A stretch of 63,919 nt of DNA, filler included, from Octopus bimaculoides (GCF_001194135.2; 10 parts of 10 records of this genome joined end to end with filler, not necessarily neighbours in it); one strand, 5' to 3'. Counted from the whole stretch's first letter, positions 38,948-53,204 are shown. Notes: a model not told the origin generated them from the letters alone. A program made the numbers and translations.

Positions 38948-39250
38948 GACACGCAATGGCCCAGTGGTTAGAGCAGTGGACTCGCGGTCGGAGAATCGCA
39001 GTTTCGATTCCATTGTGTGTGTTTATTGAGCGAAAATACCTAAAGCTCCACGAGGCTCCGGCAGGGGGTGGTGGCGACCCCTGTTGAACTCTTTCACCCT
39101 AACTTTCTCTCACTCTTTCCTCCTGTTCCTTGAGTAACGCTGCGATGGACTGGCGTCCCGTCCAGCTGGGGGGCGGGGGGACACATACGCCATAGAAACC
39201 TGGAAACCGGGCCCATGAGCCTGGCTAAGCTTTAAAAGGGCGCATAAATG
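38948..39250 (+). mobile_element. SINE family D (gcaatggcccagtggttagagcagtggactcgcggtcg...gtttcgattcc...)
   Basis: tRNA A/B boxes; a related head at ~36557-36645 is cut by another repeat. Confidence 0.75.
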
Positions 39251-39455
39251 AATAAAAAATTAAATTTTCGGCTTTCAACTGAGATTATAGGAGTAAAATG
39301 GAGAGCTTTGCTCAAGGACACAACGCAACACCTGGTTCTAGAATCGAACCTACGATCTTTTGATCATGAGCCGGACATCGTAACCAGTACGCCATGTGCC
39401 TTCGGATATGTGTAAGCGTGCTCACATGTTTGTGTGTGTGTTTACGTGTGCATGT

Positions 39456-39497
<42 letters not shown>

Positions 39498-42269
39498 CTG
39501 TGCGCGCGCCTATGTTTGTGTATATGCTTGTGTGTGCTCTCGTATGCCCAGTAGATAAAACTTGGAATAATTGATGAAATCATAAAAATCAACTTTGAGA
39601 GCGAGCGCGCACGCACACGCACACACACATAAATATGTATGTGCGTAAGGTGTGTGTGTTCTTATAAAGTGTCCACTATATAAAGTGAATAATTGGTGAA
39701 GTCAGATAAGTCACNNNNNNNNNNNNNNNNNNNNNNNNNNNNNNNNNNNNNNNNNNNNNNNNNNNNNNNNNNNNNNNNNNNNNNNNNNNNNNNNNNNNNN
39801 NNNNNNNNNNNNNNNNNNNNNNNNNNNNNNNNNNNNNNNNNNNNNNNNNNNNNNNNNNNNNNNNNNNNNNNNNNNNNNNNNNNNNNNNNNNNNNNNNNNN
39901 NNNNNNNNNNNNNNNNNNNNNNNNNNNNNNNNNNNNNNNNNNNNNNNNNNNNNNNNNNNNNNNNNNNNNNNNNNNNNNNNNNNNNNNNNNNNNNNNNNNN
40001 NNNNNNNNNNNNNNNNNNNNNNNNNNNNNNNNNNNNNNNNNNNNNNNNNNNNNNNNNNNNNNNNNNNNNNNNNNNNNNNNNNNNNNNNNNNNNNNNNNNN
40101 NNNNNNNNNNNNNNNNNNNNNNNNNNNNNNNNNNNNNNNNNNNNNNNNNNNNNNNNNNNNNNNNNNNNNNNNNNNNNNNNNNNNNNNNNNNNNNNNNNNN
40201 NNNNNNNNNNNNNNNNNNNNNNNNNNNNNNNNNNNNNNNNNNNNNNNNNNNNNNNNNNNNNNNNNNNNNNNNNNNNNNNNNNNNNNNNNNNNNNNNNNNN
40301 NNNNNNNNNNNNNNNNNNNNNNNNNNNNNNNNNNNNNNNNNNNNNNNNNNNNNNNNNNNNNNNNNNNNNNNNNNNNNNNNNNNNNNNNNNNNNNNNNNNN
40401 NNNNNNNNNNNNNNNNNNNNNNNNNNNNNNNNNNNNNNNNNNNNNNNNNNNNNNNNNNNNNNNNNNNNNNNNNNNNNNNNNNNNNNNNNNNNNNNNNNNN
40501 NNNNNNNNNNNNNNNNNNNNNNNNNNNNNNNNNNNNNATGTATGCGTGTATGTATGTATGTATGTATGTATGTATATATGTATGTGTATGCATGCATGAA
40601 TGTATGTATGCATGTACGTATGTATGCATGTACGTATGTATGTATGCATATATGTGTGTATATATACTATGTACGTATGTATGTACGCATCCATGTATGT
40701 AAGCATACATGAATGCATTTGCATATGTATGTATGCATGTATGTATGTACATATGTATGTATGTATCTATGCATGCACGACTGTATATATACATGTATAC
40801 ATGCATATATGTATGTATGTATGTATGCATGCAAGCGTGTATGTATCTATCTATGTATGCATGTATGTGTACGCCTATGTGTAAATAAACAAAACCGCGG
40901 TACATTAACTTCTCTGCACTCCTCGTTGTCAGGTTCGTGTTACTGCTGGTGTGAATTGTGTAGTTTTTCCCATGATCTCAGTCACACATAAGATTCTTCA
41001 TTCAATCCACGTGGGTAACAGAGTCGGTCAGGTGTGGGGGGTATCCCCTACTCCTTACAGTTATGTGTCTTCAGGAGGAATCGAGAGAGCGACAAACGTC
41101 AGGAATGCTCTCGAAAAAATAAATGTTTATGTGTTGTTTTTCACTTATTTTTTCCTTCATTTTTTATTCTTTATTTTTATGTTTTATGTTTTTATATTTT
41201 TATATCTAATTTTGTTCTTTATGTCTATTTGTAATTTTTGTTTAGTTTTATATTTTGCTCATAATTTTTGCCTCTTAGAATATACGTATTTTTTTAGTTA
41301 TTGTTTTTTCCTTAAAGTTTCCTTATTTCACATCTCTCACATTCGTTCGTGTGTGTGTTGCGTGCGCGCATGCATGCGTGCGTTTGTGTGTGTGTGCGCG
41401 CGCACCTTCTTCGCTTGTTGTCTTGTTAATTTACCGAGTACGGACCTGTCATTGCTGCAGATGTCTCCTTTGCTAGAATGAATTTGGCACTTTCCAGTTC
41501 AACCAAAACTCAGACAAGTATTTTTTCACGAGAAATTCATTTTAATGTCCTCCTGCCCCACTCTCGCGCTCTCCCTCTCTCCCTTTCTTTCCCACACTCT
41601 CTCTCTTTCTTTACGCACTCTCCCACACACGCACATTCACTCTATCTTCGTGTGTGAAAAAGTTAGCCTCAGATTGTTTTGCCAAACAGTACCTCGAATT
41701 CGATATACAATATACACAAACATACAAATAACAATTATACACGTCAGGTTTAATAAATCTGTATACTATACTATGAATTACAGTAAACTTGATTCCAGTT
41801 CAAATGTGTTTGAGAGATATTTGAACCTGGAAAGGCTTTTCACTGGAGTTCGTAGTAGGGAAAACATTCTCGCTTAAGGCAAAAAGGTTTTAACACCAAA
41901 GTTAGAGCACTCTCTGTTGGACCGCTGGATGCATTTCGAGTTCGTTTCTTCTCTTCTGTACCAGATACTAAGAGAGATGACTAGACAACTTTTCTTCTTT
42001 TATCGTGAATAAGTCGATTTTATTTAGTGATAGCGCATATTAGCCGTACGATTTTCATTCAAGCACTACAAAACTAGGAAAAAGCCGAAATGCTTAGTGG
42101 TATTTCGTCTGTCTTTACGTTCTGAGTTCAAATTCTGCCGAGGTCGACTTTGCCTTTCATCCTTTCGGGGTCGATAAATTAAGTGCCAGTTGTGTATTGG
42201 GGTCGATGTAATCGACTGCCTTCCACTTCTCAAAAATTTCGGGCCTTGCACCTTGAGTAGAGAAGAATA

Positions 42270-42436
42270 TTTGTCGTCACTTCAACACGGCTGCTCCGTA
42301 CAAAACGACGTTACAATTATTTTTATATGTCAGGTGCAGATTGCATCGATAACAAGCTACAGGAGGTTTCCTCTCCGGGTTAAAAGTGTTAGTAACTTTG
42401 GTTCGTACGGAACAGCCCTGTTGAAGTGGCGACAAA
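42270..42436. mobile_element. 167-bp element with 32-bp TIRs
   Basis: tttgtcgtcacttcaacacggctgctccgtac (42270-42301) vs gtacggaacagccctgttgaagtggcgacaaa (42405-42436), 3 mismatches. Confidence 0.7.
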
Positions 42437-42996
42437 CATAATGCATGCTACGTAACATGAATACAGTTATTCATGAATATGTTTCGAAACCTAGCTTTTG
42501 ATTAAAAAAAAAAAAAAAGCTTTCATTTAATATTCTAATAAAAATTTTTTAATGTTTATTGGGAGTGTTGGAAGGAGCTTAAAAGTGTCGTACAAAATAC
42601 CCCTCGCGGGGTTAGTTATGATTAAGTATACTTTGTGTTCAAATTCCTCCGAAATGGGACTTAATATTTTATCAGTCGGGGCTCAATAAAATAAAATATG
42701 CACCTAAAGAGACTGTCATCGACTGTTTCTTTCCTTGAATATTTCTTGGCAGAATCGTCAACGAATCGAAAGAATGATTCTTTCCTTTCTATCTCTCCCC
42801 ACGCCTCCTTTAATTTATCTATCTAACTTTCCATGTCTCACTTTCTCTCTCACTCTTTGTCTCTCTCTATTTCTCTCTGCTTCCTGCTCTTTTTTCCTCT
42901 CTGTCTCTCAAGCTTTCATTACTATCTATCTATATATGAGTCTATCTGTTTATCTCCCTGTCTATCTAACGATCTATCCATCCATCTATCTCACTG

Positions 42997-43031
<35 letters not shown>

Positions 43032-44841
43032 ATGTATTTGTCTGTTTATGTGTCTATTTATTTAACTCTCTGTCTATCAATCTACCTACATATGTATCTA
43101 TCTAGCTGTTTCCTTTTCTATCTTTCTAACTAGCTAACTAGCTAAATATCAATCTAATGAGCCCCCCTCTCTCTCTCTCCCTCTCTATCTATCTATTTTG
43201 CTGTCTCTCTCTATGTCTCAACACATGTATCTATCCATCGAGCTGCCTATCTCCCTATCAATCCACCCCTCTTTCTATCTATCATGCATTCATTCATATC
43301 CCATATCTTACCCAGGTTTCATGTGGGTGCGTGTCTCTTTCTCTCACATTCTATGCGTTCATCCTTCTCCCTCTCTCTCTCATTCACACACACACACACA
43401 CACACAGATACACGTACGCACGCGCACACATTCTTCCAATTTATGTCCCTCAACCGCACACATTCTAAAGAGGTCCTATGTCCCCACATCCTGTTACTCT
43501 AAAAAGAAAACAAATTCGTTTCTTCTGCAGCACTTCACATTTTCTACAATTCTCTCCATACAGATACCACCACCACAACTACGACCAGCCATCACCATCA
43601 ACACCACCACTACTACTAATATTACTATCACCACCACTACCACTACAACTACCACAACCACCACCACTATTACCACAACCACCATCACTACTACCATCAC
43701 CACTACTACTACTACTACAACCATCACCACCACCACCACCACTACTACTACAACCACCACCACCACTACTACGACCACTACCACCACTACTACAACCACA
43801 TCCTATTCATGTGTGTTACATTCTTTTTTCTTCTATTCCAAGTGCTTCAAACACTCAATGAATAGAAGTGGAATTCGTTATCAGAAAAGTGTACACACAC
43901 ACACATACGGATACACACACACACTCACGCATATATATATNNNNNNNNNNNNNNNNNNNNNNNNNNNNNNNNNNNNNNNNNNNNNNNNNNNNNNNNNNNN
44001 NNNNNNNNNNNNNNNNNNNNNNNNNNNNNNNNNNNNNNNNNNNNNNNNNNNNNNNNNNNNNNNNNNNNNNNNNNNNNNNNNNNNNNNNNNNNNNNNNNNN
44101 NNNNNNNNNNNNNNNNNNNNNNNNNNNNNNNNNNNNNNNNNNNNNNNNNNNNNNNNNNNNNNNNNNNNNNNNNNNNNNNNNNNNNNNNNNNNNNNNNNNN
44201 NNNNNNNNNNNNNNNNNNNNNNNNNNNNNNNNNNNNNNNNNNNNNNNNNNNNNNNNNNNNNNNNNNNNNNNNNNNNNNNNNNNNNNNNNNNNNNNNNNNN
44301 NNNNNNNNNNNNNNNNNNNNNNNNNNNNNNNNNNNNNNNNNNNNNNNNNNNNNNNNNNNNNNNNNNNNNNNNNNNNNNNNNNNNNNNNNNNNNNNNNNNN
44401 NNNNNNNNNNNNNNNNNNNNNNNNNNNNNNNNNNNNNNNNNNNNNNNNNNNNNNNNNNNNNNNNNNNNNNNNNNNNNNNNNNNNNNNNNNNNNNNNNNNN
44501 NNNNNNNNNNNNNNNNNNNNNNNNNNNNNNNNNNNNNNNNNNNNNNNNNNNNNNNNNNNNNNNNNNNNNNNNNNNNNNNNNNNNNNNNNNNNNNNNNNNN
44601 NNNNNNNNNNNNNNNNNNNNNNNNNNNNNNNNNNNNNNNNNNNNNNNNNNNNNNNNNNNNNNNNNNNNNNNNNNNNNNNNNNNNNNNNNNNNNNNNNNNN
44701 NNNNNNNNNNNNNNNNNNNNNNNNNNNNNNNNNNNNNNNNNNNNNNNNNNNNNNNNNNNNNNNNNNNNNNNNNNNNNNNNNNNNNNNNNNNNNNNNNNNN
44801 NNNNNNNNNNNNNNNNNNNNNNNNNNNNNNNNNNNNNNNNN

Positions 44842-44900
<59 letters not shown>

Positions 44901-46465
44901 CACATATATACACACATACATATACACATATACACACACGCACACACACACACATACACACACACATATATATACAGGAGCGTACGCGTACACACTCTGT
45001 CGCTTTCTCGTTATTTAACATTTTATCTCTATTCACATCTACTGTATAAATCATCACCATCATCATTATCATCATCGTCATCATCATCATCGTCATCATC
45101 AACATCACTCTTATTACCAATAGGCCTCAGTAATGTACGTTGTTTTAGACTCGGCTTAACCTTCATTGAACTACCTTACTTAACTTAATTCTAGAGATAT
45201 TTGTCTCCTGTTTCTTGCAGCTAAAGCCACCAACAAGGTGCGTTCTGTAATTGCTAATACGGTTGTGATTCTTCTTCTTCTTCTTCTTCTTCTTCTTCTT
45301 CTTCTTCTTCTTCTTCTTCTTCTTCTTCTTCTTCTTCTTCTTCTTCTTCTTCTTCTTCTTCTTCTTCTTCTTCTTCTTCTTCTTGTTTTCGGGAAATCTT
45401 AAAGCGTCCACCTCGGATAAAATACAAAATACCACTATTACACAAACATAACAGAATTGGAATCAAGTCCACGACACAGGCGTGGCTGTGTGGTAAGACG
45501 TGTGTTTCCCAACCGCGTAGTTCCGGGTTCAGTTCCACAACGAGGCACTTCAAGCAAGTGTCTTCTACCATAGCCTCGGGCCGACCAAAGCCTTGTGAGT
45601 GGATCTGGTAGACGGAAACTGAAAGAAGCCCGTCTTATATATATATGTTGTTCACACATATGATGCGGAATATGAACGTAAATAAATTAATTAAAAAGTC
45701 TCTATCTGATCTGATATAAACGAAATTGTTACAAACACACATATGGACGCACATACTTACATATAAGCACGAACACATAAGTGCGTGCACACATATGAGC
45801 GTGCACACATACGAGCTTGCACACACTNNNNNNNNNNNNNNNNNNNNNNNNNNNNNNNNNNNNNNNNNNNNNNNNNNNNNNNNNNNNNNNNNNNNNNNNN
45901 NNNNNNNNNNNNNNNNNNNNNNNNNNNNNNNNNNNNNNNNNNNNNNNNNNNNNNNNNNNNNNNNNNNNNNNNNNNNNNNNNNNNNNNNNNNNNNNNNNNN
46001 NNNNNNNNNNNNNNNNNNNNNNNNNNNNNNNNNNNNNNNNNNNNNNNNNNNNNNNNNNNNNNNNNNNNNNNNNNNNNNNNNNNNNNNNNNNNNNNNNNNN
46101 NNNNNNNNNNNNNNNNNNNNNNNNNNNNNNNNNNNNNNNNNNNNNNNNNNNNNNNNNNNNNNNNNNNNNNNNNNNNNNNNNNNNNNNNNNNNNNNNNNNN
46201 NNNNNNNNNNNNNNNNNNNNNNNNNNNNNNNNNNNNNNNNNNNNNNNNNNNNNNNNNNNNNNNNNNNNNNNNNNNNNNNNNNNNNNNNNNNNNNNNNNNN
46301 NNNNNNNNNNNNNNNNNNNNNNNNNNNNNNNNNNNNNNNNNNNNNNNNNNNNNNNNNNNNNNNNNNNNNNNNNNNNNNNNNNNNNNNNNNNNNNNNNNNN
46401 NNNNNNNNNNNNNNNNNNNNNNNNNNNNNNNNNNNNNNNNNNNNNNNNNNNNNNNNNNNNNNNNN

Positions 46466-46529
<64 letters not shown>

Positions 46530-46589
46530 CGTGCATATCTGTGTGTATGTGCGTACGTACGTGTGTGTGTACTTCCAACGCCGAAAGTA

Positions 46590-47250
46590 CTGATGCCAAA
46601 ACAAGCCAGAATGTCCAATCAGCCGCGCCAATTGGCCAGCGTCCGAAAAGCAGCGCCCAATCATCTCATTCTAAAACACGGGAAGACTAAAGGCAAAGTT
46701 AACCTCGTTGAAATTTGAACTCAGTAGGTAAAAACAAAAAAAAAACCTTCACGAAATACCGCAGGCATTGTGTCAGAAGGTCAAAAGACTCTTCCACATC
46801 ACGGCTTTTCGCGTGAGAATCGTTCGGCTTATTTAGTAAATGCCCTCTCTACAAAACATGAATGCATAGACTTACCATTCCAACGTCTCTGAAACCAAAA
46901 TGTTAATTTATCTGCCTGCGATAGATCAACATTGCAAAACCATTCGTCGCCATTTTATTTTTTCGTCGTCGTCGTTGCTGGGCAGCGGCGGCGGCGGTGT
47001 TGGTAGCGATGTTGGTGGAGGTGGTGGTGGTGGTGGTGGTGTTCATGTTAAAGAACTGGGCGTAGATATTTGATGTATACTGCAACCTCCCATTCCTGGG
47101 TTCATATCATGTTGTGGTCAACAGAGAGTCTTTCATTATTGATGACTGAAGTTGTTAACGTATGCAATTGCCTATGACAACAAAACTCCCTCTTATAGCA
47201 AACATTTCGAGAAGAGTAACCCCTTCGCCACCGCCGCCGCCGCCGCCAAA
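46590..47250. promoter_or_regulatory. Candidate promoter / 5' end: CCAAT cluster plus CpG-rich tract
   Basis: CCAAT at 46615, 46628 (palindromic ccaattgg) and 46657; (GCG)n/(CGT)n runs; aaaATGGCG on the minus strand near 46950. Confidence 0.45.
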
Positions 47251-47801
47251 AAGTAAATGACAATCAAAGAAAGGGAAAAACAAGATATATGACTATTGTT
47301 GGCTTTGCAAATTTATCAATCAAATCTCCTGGCACCGTCTTAATCCGTTAATCATTCTTAATCTACCATGTACATCAATGGTAATACCACGTTTTATCAT
47401 TGTTTGCAAAAATCGTTGGCTAAATTTATGCTAGCGAGTACACGAACTCACACAGACATGCATACATGCACACATATACACACATGCAAACATGCATAAA
47501 TATATAAACACATTCACACATTCACAAACGAATTCACACACACGTACGTTTTCGCACACAAGCATATACATTCACTCACATATACATTAGACACACACAT
47601 ACACACATGCAATCGTATGCATACACGCGCGTACACTAGCATACGATGCGCATCCTTGTATACGCATGTGTACATACATATATACGTGTGTAGATAAGCA
47701 TACATTCACAAGTGGACGTCAATACATACGTTCATGTATACGCGCATACATATACACATAACCCTCTGTCTATACTAACAAAAATAGATACGTACACGCA
47801 T

Positions 47802-47842
<41 letters not shown>

Positions 47843-48980
47843 NNNNNNNNNNNNNNNNNNNNNNNNNNNNNNNNNNNNNNNNNNNNTTAATTAATTAANN
47901 NNNNNNNNNNNNNNNNNNNNNNNNNNNNNNNNNNNNNNNNNNACACACACACACATACATACATAGACATGCATACACATATGCACATATACATACACAA
48001 ATACAATACCAAGATAGCAGGCAGCCATATGAAAGACTAGTGAATGTACAATTAAGAATAAACCAGACAAGAGAAACCATGATAAGAACCACTTTTGTCT
48101 TCTGTGACATAATTCTAGCTGTTCAATCAGAAAATAGGTTAGTGTTTATTTAAAGAACTCTTGTTTTCCATCAGTAAAGCACTTACAATAGAACAAAGAC
48201 ATCTAACAGACAATTATGGGTTGGTTGGTTGGTTGCTTGAGACATCTTCAACATCTACTTGCATTGTCTTCATTTTCCCCCTGAGATTTAATAAGGAAAA
48301 AAAATTCTATTTTAATCATACTAAACCTGCCTGATTAAAAAAAAAAATTAACCTAATTAATGTTGGTGCAAAGAATGTGAGGCACAAGTGAAGCTAAAAA
48401 CCTAGTCTTCAGTGGCAAAACTTATTTAAAAAACAAAAATCAATACAACAATATTGAACAATTTATCACACTCAGACATACATACATAAACATTGTACAA
48501 CCATCTATTTGCATAATTTTATTGTTCTGCACTGTAATGTTTGTTTCTCAGTTTCTCTTTATGGCAGATAAAGAAATAATAATAATCCTTTCTTTTAATG
48601 GCTCAAGGGCAACAATCTTGAGTGGGGGGATCTGTTAATTATATCAACCACAGTACTCAACTGGTAATTAATTTATTGACCCTGGAAGGATGAAAGGCAA
48701 AGTTAACCTAGGCGAAATTTGAACTCTGAATGTAGCAACAGGCGAAATACAAAGAATTTCTTCCAGTGTACTAACGGTTCTGCTAGTTCACTGCTTGAAA
48801 AAGAAGAAGAGGAAGAAGAATTTCTTAGATTTGTATGAAGACATAAATTTCCTCAGTACATTGCTTATTTTATCAATCTCATTAGATTGAAAAAGTCAGT
48901 CACAGCAGGATTTGAACACAGAATATAGGAGAATAAATGGAACACAGATGAACAGTCCAGTGTTCTACCATTTCTGTCAG

Positions 48981-49012
<32 letters not shown>

Positions 49013-52000
49013 GGTGATGAGCTGACAGAATTGTTAGCATGTTGGGCGAAATACTTAGCCATGTTTTGTCTGCTGCTACATTGTGAGTTTAAATTCTGCT
49101 ATGGTTGACTTTCTTTGCCTTTCATCCTTTCGGGGTCGATAAATTAAGTACCAGTGAAACACTGGAGGTGATGCCTATAGTAAAAAGGATTATTATTATG
49201 ATTAAGAAGAAGAACAACAACAACAGCAGCAGCAGTTTTTGATTTAGGTGCAAGTCCAGTAATTTTGAGGGAAAATGGCTTAGTCAATACTATCCATCCT
49301 ATGATCTCAAAAAGATGAAATGCAAAGTTGAGCTCAGCAGAATTTGAACTCACAACATAAAGACCCTGAAACAAAAAGCATTTATTTAATTAAAAAAAAT
49401 TTTTTTTATGATGCTCTACCAATTTTGCCAGCTTAACTACAAATTGTGTTGTTATTGACTTTCAGAAGAAATCAAAGGTAAAGTGACAACAAAATACTGC
49501 AACTATTTAATTAAGGATTCTGTTGATTTCACATCCCCTACCTTCAATAATAGGAATAATTTCTTACATAAGAAGCTAAGGAAACAAATCTGGGAGTGGT
49601 AGAGTTACAGGTAATTAGATGAACATAATACTTTCAAGGATCTTTTAACAAGCATGGAAGAATGAAAGGTAAGGTCAATTTCAGCATGGTTTGAGCTTAG
49701 AGATTAAAGGGACATAACCAAAAACCGAGTCTGCTGTTCATCTCATTACCTCTCTGAATATAGGCAGACTTATCGCATTCTTGTAGCTCAGCGTCTACGA
49801 AAGGATCACTTCTGCATTTGTGTACGTCTGTTTTTTTTGTTTTTTTTTGTATATTTATTTACATATATAAAGAAGGACCAAGAGAAATTAGCAAAGAAAA
49901 TAAAGAAATGCCAACTGGAGAAACATGAGAAACCTTATTGGTAGCAGTAAAGAGCAGATAATGAATTAATGAGATTCTAGAATCTATGACTTCAAAGCTA
50001 ACAATACTAACTTCCATATTGCTTAATGGGTTTACTCAAATTGTCCATTGGTTGTGTAAGATGGGTTTTCCTCAGCAAAATACCGCGTTGATTTAGAAAA
50101 TTTCAATCTTCCATGATTTGAACTCATCTTTTACTGCTGTTAGCATTGTGAGTGCCAACTACAGAATATAGCTTTTAGAAACATTAAGATACAGTTGGAT
50201 ATCAGCACATGGAAAAATAAAATGGTAATGTGGGCATTCATCAACAGTCACTAAAAATTATGTTTCAAGATAGGTACAGTAAGTTCCAACAAAGTTCAAG
50301 GAGACAGATTCTATAGCCTGAGTCGTTTCTACAAAGTGTTAATATATAGAAAAGTCAAACTCTGGTGTATTACATCCCAACAGAGACTGTGCATAACTAA
50401 CAGGACTGCTGTTTCAACTTTTATGGCTTTGAGATTTCAATGTGATTATTTTAGAATGACATTGTGGAGTAGGTGCAAGAAGCCAGATCTGTTGGTTTGA
50501 ACATAAAATGTAGAATATCTGGGCCAGATATGACCAGTTTAAATGCTAAAGGCCAGATATGACCAGTTTAAATGCAAACTGTTCAGTGTTGATGCCATCA
50601 CAAGAATGGTCCAATGGCTAAACCATTTCACTTAATGTCAGCTCAGATAAAATTATTAGTCTTCCACTGTCAATCAAAGCTTGCATTAACTGAGAGTAAA
50701 AGCTACTGTCAACAACAATAATAATGAATACACAAAACGAACGAGACAAAAGATGTTCTAGTAGAAATCAAGAACTTATGTTACAGAAATTAATATATTG
50801 GTGATGAGTTTACAACTGCTTTTCACACAAGGAACAGAAGATCTTTCTCATGGCATCTGTCACTTTTTTATGGACTTTCTCTAGTCATTTCTATACCTCA
50901 CAAATAAAAGAAAAAATACAGAGCAGTAGTAAAAATATTTATGAAGACATTATGGTCATAAATGAAAGTATTTCTTTTGGCTTAAGCTAAATTTAAAGTT
51001 CTGACTTGTGATGTCAGGTCTTTTGTTTTCAAGTAATCAGAATTTTACAATTGCCAATTTTTTTCATACAATGCTTAGGGGTCACCTTTGCCACTGCTTT
51101 ACAGTTTTTTTAGGTAAAAGTTTAAGGCTTACAAAAAAAATTTTATTTTAATTTAATTTTAAAAAAACCTGCTTCAGGGATTTTGTTGGCTGTTGCATGA
51201 GAGTTTAGTTGTTACAATCTTCGATAAATTTCAATACTTTGAAGCAAAAGGTTTGTGGAGGCATAGAAAACAGGCAAAAATATTTTCAAATGTACAACCA
51301 GTATAATGAGAAGGAACTGCATCGAGTTGCCCAAAACATACAATTTCCTCCTTAATTTATTCAATGTATAAACAACTGTAAAAAGTAATAATATAAACCA
51401 TATAGCAAACTTTATTTACAATTCATTTTCTAGTTTGAGAGAAATAGTGAACTTGACCATGATTTTACACTGTTAAAGAAAAGTAGACTCACAATATATA
51501 CTTCCACTTTTACCTCTGTTACATACACACTGAGAGAGACATAGACATACACACAGAAAAAGACATACTCCAGCACTTATACTTAGTCACATACAGACAG
51601 GCACACAGTTGCACAGATCAATTTTTAAGTCATACAAAGAAAGTTCAACGAGAAGAAACTCCAGGCAACAAGGTATTCTGTACATGGTCACCCAACATGG
51701 CAGAAATAGCAACTAAGTTCCTTCAGCCTGCTGTCTTAAAAGAGGAAGGACATTGGACAATTAGATTACAAAAAAGATTTTAAAAAAATAACATATTGAC
51801 TGTAGTTGGAATACATTTGATCCAAGATATGGTTCACAGAGATCTGTGGCTAACTACGTGTGATTGTGAGTAAAAATAAAGGAAAAAAGGGGAAAAGAAA
51901 GGGACAACCAGGCTAAGCTAATAGATTTACCGTACAATACATGACAAGACAAGGATGAAACAGATTTTTTCACTTGACTTTTCAGAATATCTGGAGAAAT

Positions 52001-52303
52001 GTCGTGGTATATATGAGTGATGAAACAGTCTTACTCAACTTTTTACCTACTTATATACACACACACACACTAATATATTATTATCATGACTGTCATTCCA
52101 AAGTGACAACAAAAATTGAAAATTCAGTTAACTAAGTGAATATGTCTATTTTAACTGACAGTTCAACCAAAGCAAAAACGGACGAGTTCGGCCAGCAAAT
52201 TTAATATCACAAATACATTTGAACAACAAGGATTATGTCTTGTCTCCAAACAGGACATCCTTTTCTCACATTTGCATACCTAAATGCATATTACACACAC
52301 ATA

Positions 52304-52336
<33 letters not shown>

Positions 52337-52433
52337 TTCGTTTTTGAATTTGGTTTGCAAATACATATATATTTTGTTTCGGGATTTGGTTTGCAAGATT
52401 CTTTATGCGAGTTCATGTGTTGAAGCATATTCT

Positions 52434-52672
52434 ATTGTGTCTGGGGAGAGTCATTTTCTTTTTGTGCCTTATAATTTAACACACTCACCGGTAAAATTTC
52501 CACTTAGTTTTTATTTTTATTCTCCTAAAATTTTTGTTGCGTCTTGCAACCTTTTCATGCAAGACGCAACAAAAATTTTAGGAAAATAAAAATAAAAACT
52601 AAGTGGAAATTTTACCGGTGAGTGTGTTAAATTATAAGGCACAAAAAGAAAATGACTCTCCCCAGACACAAT
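52434..52672. repeat. Near-perfect inverted repeat, 115-bp arms, 9-nt loop
   Basis: 52434-52548 vs 52558-52672, one mismatch; the right arm runs into an N gap. Confidence 0.9.
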
Positions 52673-53204
52673 NNNNNNNNNNNNNNNNNNNNNNNNNNNN
52701 NNNNNNNNNNNNNNNNNNNNNNNNNNNNNNNNNNNNNNNNNNNNNNNNNNNNNNNNNNNNNNNNNNNNNNNNNNNNNNNNNNNNNNNNNNNNNNNNNNNN
52801 NNNNNNNTTATGTCAAGTTATATAAAAAAAAAAAACAATTTATCATTGAACTGAAGGGTTACTCAAACAGCAGTAGAGCACATTTTTATCAAACTTTTAC
52901 AAGGAAAGGGTTGACTGACTTCAAAGTTTCAGCTTGCATGCCTTCATCAGAATTATCCAATGAAAGTGAACAGGCTGGAACTTCAAAGCCCCTGCCAATG
53001 TTTTCCCGGTAAAAGATTAATAAACATACACACACATTCTCTCAATTAGAATTTCCGGAAAAAATTCAATTTCCCAACACTACAGTTTGTGGAATTCATT
53101 CTTATTGAAATAGTTAAATTCAGTAAAATTCCAGAAATCAATTAAGTTCGAAAGTATCACTATATACATACATGACATACATTCATGTAGTATTTGTGTA
53201 AGGC

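Noticed and set aside
43198-45120. Longest ORFs (606, 421 and 393 aa) and the mucin-like poly-Thr stretch
   Set aside because: Made of an (ACC/ACT)n microsatellite plus read-through across N gaps.
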